From NCBI RefSeq assembly GCF_902472605.1, contig NZ_CABROP010000009.1, positions 4,434 to 68,433 of the forward strand: a stretch of DNA of 64,000 nucleotides, written 5' to 3'. Position 1 is the first letter of the stretch, and each line of letters opens with the position of its first letter. Position numbers and translations under genes: made by a program. Of this stretch, positions 57,579-64,000 are shown piece after piece. The notes under the pieces are model-generated. The model was not told where the DNA came from, made no database searches, and saw only the letters and a program-made list of their open reading frames with translations. Source of the DNA: an uncultured Bacteroides sp. Its GTDB lineage: Bacteria; Bacteroidota; Bacteroidia; Bacteroidales; Bacteroidaceae.

Positions 57579-59771
57579 TTATTCTTTGTCTTTGTGGTCC
57601 TTGTGGTTCTGCTGAGGACGACGTTCCCGTTTCGGGTGGTTTTCTGTCATACCTTCCGGTTTCGGAAGTAATGCTTTGTGTGACAGTTTGAACTTACCCG
57701 TTTTCGGATCGATGTCCAACAGTTTCACTTCGATTTCGTCTCCTTCTTTCAAACCGGTTTCTTCGATGGTTTCGAAGCGTTTCCAGTCGATTTCAGAGAT
57801 GTGCAGCAGACCGTCTTTTCCCGGAAGGAATTCAACGAAAGCACCGTAAGGCATGATAGAACGAACCTTACCTGTATATACTTCGCCTACTTCCGGAACA
57901 GCTACGATAGCCTTGATCATGCGCAATGCATCGTCGATGCACTTCTTGTTGGTACCAGCGATTTCGATGCGTCCTACGCCGTCCACTTCTTCAATGGTGA
58001 TAGTCGCACCTGTTTCTTCCTGCATACCCTGGATAATCTTTCCGCCCGGGCCGATTACCGCACCGATGAATTCTTTCGGAATAGTCATGGTTTCGATGCG
58101 CGGTGCATGCGGTTTCAGTTCCGGACGCGGCTCAGCGATGCATTCAGTCAGTTTGCCAAGGATGTATTCACGTCCCTGTTTTGCCTGCAGCAAGGCTTTT
58201 TCCAGAATATCGTAAGTCAGTCCGTCACACTTGATATCCATCTGTGTCGCAGTGATACCGTCGCGAGTTCCTGTTACTTTGAAGTCCATATCGCCCAGGT
58301 GGTCTTCATCACCCAGGATATCTGACAAGATAGCGTATTTATCTTCTCCGGCGTTCTTGATCAATCCCATCGCAATACCTGAAACCGGCTTCTTGATAGG
58401 TACACCTGCATCCATCAGAGCCAGTGTTCCGGCACAAACCGTAGCCATAGAAGATGAACCGTTAGATTCCAGAATATCTGAAACCACACGTACGCAGTAA
58501 GGATAGTCAGCAGGAATCTGTCCTTTCAATGCGCGCCATGCCAGATGACCGTGACCGATTTCACGACGGCCTACGCCACGCTGTGCTTTTGCTTCTCCTG
58601 TAGAGAACGGAGGGAAGTTGTAGTGCAACAGGAAGCGTTCCTTGTGCTGGTCGAGTACATCGTCTACAATCTTTTCGTCCATCTTGGTACCTAGGGTAAC
58701 CGTACTCAAAGACTGTGTTTCGCCACGGGTAAAGATAGCTGATCCGTGAGGACCTGGCAGCGGGCTGGTTTCACACCAGATTGGACGGATGTCGGTAGTA
58801 GCACGACCATCCAGACGTTTGCCTTCGTCGAGGATACAACGACGCATAGCCTCTTTTTCTACATCGTGGTAGTAACGGTCAATCATCGGACCTTTTTCTT
58901 CCAGTTCTTCTTCAGTGAACTGAGCCTTGAATTCATCGCAAACAGCAGTGAAAGCATCTTCTCTTTCGTGCTTGTTTTTGTTGCCAGATTCTGCGATGGC
59001 ATATGCTTTTGCGTAGCAAGCTTCGTGAACGGCTTTACGCAAGTCTTCGTCGTTTTCTTCGTGGCAGTATTCACGTTTTACTGTCTTTCCGACTTCTTCC
59101 ATCAGTTCCATCTGCGCCTTGCAGTGAACCTTGATAGCTTCGTGAGCGAACTTCATGGCTTCCAGCAAGTCCTGTTCAGAAACTTCTTTCATTTCACCTT
59201 CTACCATCATGATGTTTTCATAAGTAGCGGCTACCATGATATCCATGTCGGCACGTTTCAAAGCTTCGAAAGTCGGGTCGATGACAAACTGTCCGTCGAT
59301 ACGAGCGACACGTACTTCTGAAATCGGACCTCCGAACGGAATGTCAGAAACAGCCAGTGCGGCAGAAGCAGCCAGACCGGCCAGTGCGTCCGGCATATCC
59401 ACGCCGTCGGCAGAATAAAGTATGATATTTACGTAAACTTCAGCATGATAGTTGTCCGGGAACAGAGGACGCAATGCGCGGTCTACCAGACGGCAAGTGA
59501 GGATTTCGTAATCTGAAGCCTTTCCTTCACGTTTGGTAAAGCCACCCGGGAAACGTCCGAATGCGGAATATTTTTCTCTGTACTCTACCTGGAGAGGCAT
59601 AAAATCTGTACCGGGAACTGCATCTTTTGCTGCACAAACAGTAGCCAGCAACATGGTATTACCCATGCGTAGCATAACAGCACCATCTGCCTGTTTTGCC
59701 AGCTTTCCCGTTTCGAGTGTGATGGTTCTTCCATCGCTTAACTCGATCGTCTTAACAATAGGATTGATCAT
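57579..59771 (-). CDS. pnp: Polyribonucleotide nucleotidyltransferase
   Basis: [47 protein letters not shown] (IGPGGK) and S1 domains. Confidence 0.98.
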   Translation of the reverse strand: MINPIVKTIELSDGRTITLETGKLAKQADGAVMLRMGNTMLLATVCAAKDAVPGTDFMPLQVEYREKYSAFGRFPGGFTKREGKASDYEILTCRLVDRALRPLFPDNYHAEVYVNIILYSADGVDMPDALAGLAASAALAVSDIPFGGPISEVRVARIDGQFVIDPTFEALKRADMDIMVAATYENIMMVEGEMKEVSEQDLLEAMKFAHEAIKVHCKAQMELMEEVGKTVKREYCHEENDEDLRKAVHEACYAKAYAIAESGNKNKHEREDAFTAVCDEFKAQFTEEELEEKGPMIDRYYHDVEKEAMRRCILDEGKRLDGRATTDIRPIWCETSPLPGPHGSAIFTRGETQSLSTVTLGTKMDEKIVDDVLDQHKERFLLHYNFPPFSTGEAKAQRGVGRREIGHGHLAWRALKGQIPADYPYCVRVVSDILESNGSSSMATVCAGTLALMDAGVPIKKPVSGIAMGLIKNAGEDKYAILSDILGDEDHLGDMDFKVTGTRDGITATQMDIKCDGLTYDILEKALLQAKQGREYILGKLTECIAEPRPELKPHAPRIETMTIPKEFIGAVIGPGGKIIQGMQEETGATITIEEVDGVGRIEIAGTNKKCIDDALRMIKAIVAVPEVGEVYTGKVRSIMPYGAFVEFLPGKDGLLHISEIDWKRFETIEETGLKEGDEIEVKLLDIDPKTGKFKLSHKALLPKPEGMTENHPKRERRPQQNHKDHKDKE

Positions 59772-60020
59772 AAAAATTGATTTAATATTATTTCATCTAA
59801 AAAAGCGTACAAAGATAATGTTTTATTGTGGATAAAAGCAGGTATTTAGCTAAAAGTTTCAAGGGAAAGTGCTTTTTATCCAATTATTTGTGACAAAAAG
59901 ACCTAATTTCAGGGGTTAGATGATGGATTTATCTTTCAAAAACTTTGTGGCATCATGAAAAGCCGTATCTTTGCACGTTGAATTTACATTAGAATGTGAG
60001 ATAAAAGAAAATAATCAGGT

Positions 60021-61166
60021 ATGAGAAAAAATACTTATCTGTTTGTGGCATTGTTGTCGGCGGGGTTGGTAGCCTGCAACAATGAACCTTCTTTCAACGT
60101 AGAAGGAACCGTGGCCGGTGCGGCTGATAAAATGTTGTATTTGGAGCAAACCGGTCTGGAAGGAATTGTGGCACTCGATTCTGTGAAACTGAATGACGGA
60201 GGCTCGTTCCACTTTTCTGAGGCTCGTCCGGATGCGCCGGATTTCTACCGACTTCGTCTGGACAATCAGGTCATTAATTTTGTGGTTGATTCTACAGAGA
60301 CTGTAAAGGTAAATGCAGATGCCAATGGATTTGCTACAGCTTATCAGGTAGAAGGTTCGGAAAACAACCAGAAGATTAAGGAACTTGTTTTGCTGCAGGC
60401 AGATTTGCAGGACAAGGTAAACAAGCTGGGACGTTCCGGACTGCCGGCAGGAATTGCGCAGGATAGCTTGATTTCATTGGTCAATACGTATAAAAATAAT
60501 GTAAAGCGGAATTACATTTTTGTGGCACCTAACAAGGCCTATGCTTATTTCGCTTTGTTCCAGGAATTGAACGGATACATGATTTTCGATCCGTTGACCA
60601 ATAAGGAAGATGTGAAATGCTTTGCGGCGGTGGCTACCAGCTTGAATAACATGTATCCGCATGCCGACCGTTCCCGCAACCTTTATAATATGGTGATTAA
60701 GGGAATGAAAAATACCCGTACTCCTCAGGTGCAGAATGTCACTATCCCGGCAGATAAAATAAAAGAGACCTCTATTATCGATATTGAATTGAAGGATGTG
60801 GATGGAAAAGTACATCACTTGACTGATTTGAAAGGAAAGGTGGTTCTGGTAGATTTTACCGCGTATGCTTCAGCCGTTTCGGGAGCCCGCAATTTGGCGC
60901 TGCGTGATTTGTATAACAAGTATGCGTCACAGGGACTGGAGATTTATCAGATATCTTTGGATGCAGATGAGCACTTCTGGAAGACTTCAGCCGATAATCT
61001 GCCGTGGATTTGTGTACGTGACCCGCAAGGAACTTATTCCAATTACGTAAGTCTGTATGGAGTGACTCAGTTGCCGACGGCCTTTTTGATCAATCGTAAC
61101 AATGAGCTGACCTTGCGGATTGACGAGAAAACCAATATGGAAGAAGCCATCAAGAAATTATTGTAA
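60021..61166 (+). CDS. TlpA/AhpC-like lipoprotein (DUF4369 + thioredoxin-like fold, no CxxC)
   Basis: LVAC lipobox; LKGKVVLVDFTAY, EIYQISLD, LPW, YGV..LPT.FLI. Confidence 0.82.
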   Translation: MRKNTYLFVALLSAGLVACNNEPSFNVEGTVAGAADKMLYLEQTGLEGIVALDSVKLNDGGSFHFSEARPDAPDFYRLRLDNQVINFVVDSTETVKVNADANGFATAYQVEGSENNQKIKELVLLQADLQDKVNKLGRSGLPAGIAQDSLISLVNTYKNNVKRNYIFVAPNKAYAYFALFQELNGYMIFDPLTNKEDVKCFAAVATSLNNMYPHADRSRNLYNMVIKGMKNTRTPQVQNVTIPADKIKETSIIDIELKDVDGKVHHLTDLKGKVVLVDFTAYASAVSGARNLALRDLYNKYASQGLEIYQISLDADEHFWKTSADNLPWICVRDPQGTYSNYVSLYGVTQLPTAFLINRNNELTLRIDEKTNMEEAIKKLL

Positions 61167-61255
61167 CATGTTGAAAAGCATGCGGTGATAAACTTGACTG
61201 GTATCATAAAAAGCTTTATCTTTGTCCCCCAAGATATAAGACTCTACGCAAGAGA

Positions 61256-61399
61256 GGCTGTATCAAAATAAAGATTAGTTTGTCAGATTGTCATTCTGAA
61301 CAAAGTGAAGAATCCATTTGTTTATTTATTCATCTGGGGTTCACTCTTCGTTCAGAATGACTTTACTTTTGTGACAAACGGTTCTTATTTTGAACAGCC
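61256..61399. repeat. Nested palindromic element (MITE/REP-like) in the greA leader
   Basis: ggctgt.tcaaaataa/ttattttgaacagcc, gtttgtca/tgacaaac, gtcattctgaac/gttcagaatgac. Confidence 0.75.
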
Positions 61400-61453
61400 C
61401 TTTACTTTTATCGAAACAAATCAATTAATAACGAATATTTAAGGAGAAAAATT

Positions 61454-61918
61454 ATGGCTTACATGTCAGAAGAAGGCTATCAGAAACTGGTGGCCGAATT
61501 GAAACACCTGGAATCAGTGGAGCGTCCGAAGATTGTCGCTGCCATTGCGGAGGCGCGTGACAAGGGTGACTTGTCGGAGAATGCAGAATACGATGCGGCA
61601 AAAGAAGCTCAGGGTATGCTGGAAATGAAAATCAATCAGCTGAAGGCTACCATCGGCGATGCCAAAATTATTGATACTTCCAAGTTGAAAACCGATACGG
61701 TACAGATTCTGAGCCGTGTGGAACTGAAGAACGTGAAGACCGGCATGAAGATGGCTTATACCATCGTATCCGAAAGCGAAGCCAATCTGAAGCAAGGCAA
61801 GATTTCCGTCAATACGCCGATTGCACAGGGTTTGCTGGGCAAGAAAGTGGGCGAAGTGGCAGAAATCACTATCCCGCAGGGAAAAATCTCATTGGAGATT
61901 ACAGGTATATCATTTTAA
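61454..61918 (+). CDS. greA: Transcription elongation factor GreA
   Basis: EARDKGDLSENAEYDAAK, ISVNTPIAQGLLGKKVG. Confidence 0.97.
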   Translation: MAYMSEEGYQKLVAELKHLESVERPKIVAAIAEARDKGDLSENAEYDAAKEAQGMLEMKINQLKATIGDAKIIDTSKLKTDTVQILSRVELKNVKTGMKMAYTIVSESEANLKQGKISVNTPIAQGLLGKKVGEVAEITIPQGKISLEITGISF

Positions 61919-61922
61919 TTTG

Positions 61923-61954
61923 TAAGGCAGGTCTGCTCCGGCGGGCTTGCCTTA
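61923..61954 (+). terminator. Hairpin between greA and the HIT gene
   Basis: taaggcaggtctgc-tccg-gcgggcttgcctta; weak U-tract. Confidence 0.55.
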
Positions 61955-61971
61955 TTTAATATTCTATCAAT

Positions 61972-62379
61972 ATGGCAACAATATTCAGTAAAATCATTGC
62001 AGGTGAGATTCCCAGCTACAAGGTGGCTGAGAATGACAAGTTTTATGCTTTCTTGGATATCAATCCGCTGGTAAAAGGACATACGCTGGTTGTGCCAAAA
62101 CGGGAAGTAGACTACATTTACGACCTGAGCGACGATGAACTGGCTCAGATGCATGTGTTTGCCAAGCATGTGGCACTGGCTATTCAGAAAGCTTTCCCAT
62201 GCAAGAAAGTGGGGGAGGCAGTCATCGGTCTGGAAATTCCTCATGCGCACATCCATTTGATTCCTATGCAGAAAGAGTCAGATATGCTGTTCTCCAATCC
62301 TAAACTACAGCTTTCTCCGGAAGAGTTTACCGCGATAGCCAAGGCCATCAACGAGGCTTGGAAAGCTGAAAGCAAATAA
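61972..62379 (+). CDS. HIT family protein
   Basis: TIFSKIIAGEIP, AFLDINP...GHTLVVPK, HAHIH. Confidence 0.95.
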   Translation: MATIFSKIIAGEIPSYKVAENDKFYAFLDINPLVKGHTLVVPKREVDYIYDLSDDELAQMHVFAKHVALAIQKAFPCKKVGEAVIGLEIPHAHIHLIPMQKESDMLFSNPKLQLSPEEFTAIAKAINEAWKAESK

Positions 62380-62425
62380 TTTTCTTCTACAAAATACCTT
62401 AAATATAAAGTATTCTTCGTATTTT

Positions 62426-62479
62426 TCAGGTGTGGTTTTCAGAAAACTGAGATTTTTGGAAACCGCACCTGATTTTTTT
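62426..62479 (+). terminator. Intrinsic terminator after the HIT gene
   Basis: tcaggtgtggtttt...gaaaccgcacctga followed by T7. Confidence 0.8.
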
Positions 62480-62498
62480 ATCGAAATATTGTGTGCCT

Positions 62499-64000
62499 AT
62501 GTTTTACAAACGAATTACTCCCTTTATCCTTTTCTTGTGCTTTGTGCTGAAAGCGTTTGCCGTTGAATATCAGATAAAAGGAACCGTGATTGACAAATCC
62601 ACCCGCCAACCGCTGGAGTTTGTGAACGTGTTGGTGGTAGGGTTGGGCATCGGTGCCTCGACCGACAGCAATGGAAACTTTACCATTACGCAGGTACCTC
62701 CGGGCATCTATCGCCTGCAGGCCTCATTTTTAGGGTATAAAACGGCACTGACTCCCGAATACCGGGTGAACCATGTCACTCCTTATGTGCAGATTGAGCT
62801 GGAGGAAGAAAACACCTCCTTGAACGAAGTGGTGGTCACTGCTTCTCCTTTTCAGAAAGTGGTGGAGAGTCCGGTCAGCCTGCGGGTCATCGGTTTGCAG
62901 GAGATAGAGAAAGCTCCGGGTGCCAACCGCGACATCTCAAAGGTTGTACAGAATTATCCTGGGGTGGCTTTTTCTCCCATCGGCTACCGTAATGACCTGA
63001 TTGTGCGAGGAGGCGGTCCGTCGGAGAATCGTTTCTATCTGGATGGGGTAGAAATTCCGAACATCAACCATTTCAGTACTCAAGGAGCTTCCGGCGGACC
63101 TGTAGGACTGATTGACGCCGATTTGATTCGTAGTGTGAAGTTTTACAGTGGGGCCTTCCCGGCCGACAGAGGCAATGCCCTGAGCAGTGTGCTCGATTTC
63201 AGTCTGCGCGACGGCGACATGGAGCGGAACTCCTTGAAAGCTACATTAGGTGCTTCAGAAGTCTCTTTGAGCTCCAATGGGCACTTGGGCAAAAAAACCT
63301 CCTATCTGGTGTCGGTCCGACAGTCCTACTTGCAGGCCTTGTTCAAGATTTTGGGATTACCTTTCCTGCCTGCGTATACCGATGCTTCCTTCAAACTGAA
63401 AACCCGTTTCGACAGTCACAATGAACTAACAGTGCTCGGCTTGGGAGGCCTTGACCGTATGAAACTGAACTTAGGTATTGAAGGCGAGGATGCCGAATAC
63501 ATGCTCAGTTACCTTCCCAAGATAGAGCAGGAAACCTATACCGTAGGCGGGGTGTACCGGCATTATACCCCTATACATGTACAGACCATCGTGTTGAGTC
63601 AGAGCTATCTGAACAACCGGAACATCAAATACCGTAACAACGATGAAAGTAGTGAGGACAATCTGACGCTGCGGCTGGGTTCCGTGGAGCAGGAAACCAA
63701 ACTGCGCATGGAGAATACTTCTTCGTGGAGCGTGTGGAAGGTGAAAGCCGGTTTCGACTTGAACTATTCCCGCTACAAAAGCGATGAATACCGTAAAATA
63801 TTTGCCGATGCACTTCGGGAGTATAAATATCACACAGACCTTGCCCTTTGGCGCTGGGGATTGTTTGCTTCTATTGATTATGCCTCTCCCGACAAAAGTT
63901 TCACTGCCTCCATCGGTGTGCGGACCGATGGTAATAATTACAGCGACAAGATGAAAGAATTGTGGCGCCAGCTTTCTCCCCGTCTGTCCGTGTCCTATCG
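62499..64000 (+). CDS. TonB-dependent receptor, 3'-truncated (absent from the ORF track)
   Basis: Translated by hand: MFYKRITPFILFLC..., IKGTVIDKSTRQPLEFVNV, LNEVVVTA, DLIVRGGGPSENRFYLDGVEIPNINHF, GAFPADRGNALSSVLD. Confidence 0.92.
   Translation, partial: MFYKRITPFILFLCFVLKAFAVEYQIKGTVIDKSTRQPLEFVNVLVVGLGIGASTDSNGNFTITQVPPGIYRLQASFLGYKTALTPEYRVNHVTPYVQIELEEENTSLNEVVVTASPFQKVVESPVSLRVIGLQEIEKAPGANRDISKVVQNYPGVAFSPIGYRNDLIVRGGGPSENRFYLDGVEIPNINHFSTQGASGGPVGLIDADLIRSVKFYSGAFPADRGNALSSVLDFSLRDGDMERNSLKATLGASEVSLSSNGHLGKKTSYLVSVRQSYLQALFKILGLPFLPAYTDASFKLKTRFDSHNELTVLGLGGLDRMKLNLGIEGEDAEYMLSYLPKIEQETYTVGGVYRHYTPIHVQTIVLSQSYLNNRNIKYRNNDESSEDNLTLRLGSVEQETKLRMENTSSWSVWKVKAGFDLNYSRYKSDEYRKIFADALREYKYHTDLALWRWGLFASIDYASPDKSFTASIGVRTDGNNYSDKMKELWRQLSPRLSVSY

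Noticed and set aside
63471..63833. Minus-strand ORFs near the window end
   Set aside because: Antisense to the TonB-dependent receptor starting at 62499.

Overview
Bacteroidales (Bacteroidaceae-like; genus not determinable from sequence alone) chromosomal window. 1-24.1 kb is a polysaccharide utilization locus (PUL): a hybrid two-component regulator (5' end outside the window), a decayed GH5 gene, two tandem susC/susD pairs, an IPT/TIG surface lipoprotein, a GH5_4-like lipoprotein, an apparent GH5-GH3 fusion and two more GH3s, consistent with beta-glucan use. 24-64 kb is mostly housekeeping: GNAT, menA, nadD, gmk, yicC, tsaB, murA, rimM, M23, dxr, rseP, an S9 peptidase, nrdDG under a cobalamin riboswitch, CCA enzyme, an orphan GH3, a transglutaminase-like lipoprotein, a TolC/HlyD/MFS efflux set with AraC, a thioesterase, a metY-like sulfhydrylase, Fe-ADH, pnp, a TlpA-like lipoprotein, greA, HIT and a truncated TonB-dependent receptor. 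The most notable non-coding signals are: a ~310-nt candidate sRNA with nine AGGUA motifs (possible protein sponge; 38.4-38.7 kb); two copies of a ~95-bp 21-bp-periodic palindromic element in divergent promoter regions; NrdR-box-like sites upstream of nrdD; duplicated HTCS-type operators; and a ~145-nt nested hairpin in the greA leader. No rRNA, tRNA, CRISPR array or transposase gene was recognised. All family assignments are by eye from motifs; no database search was run.
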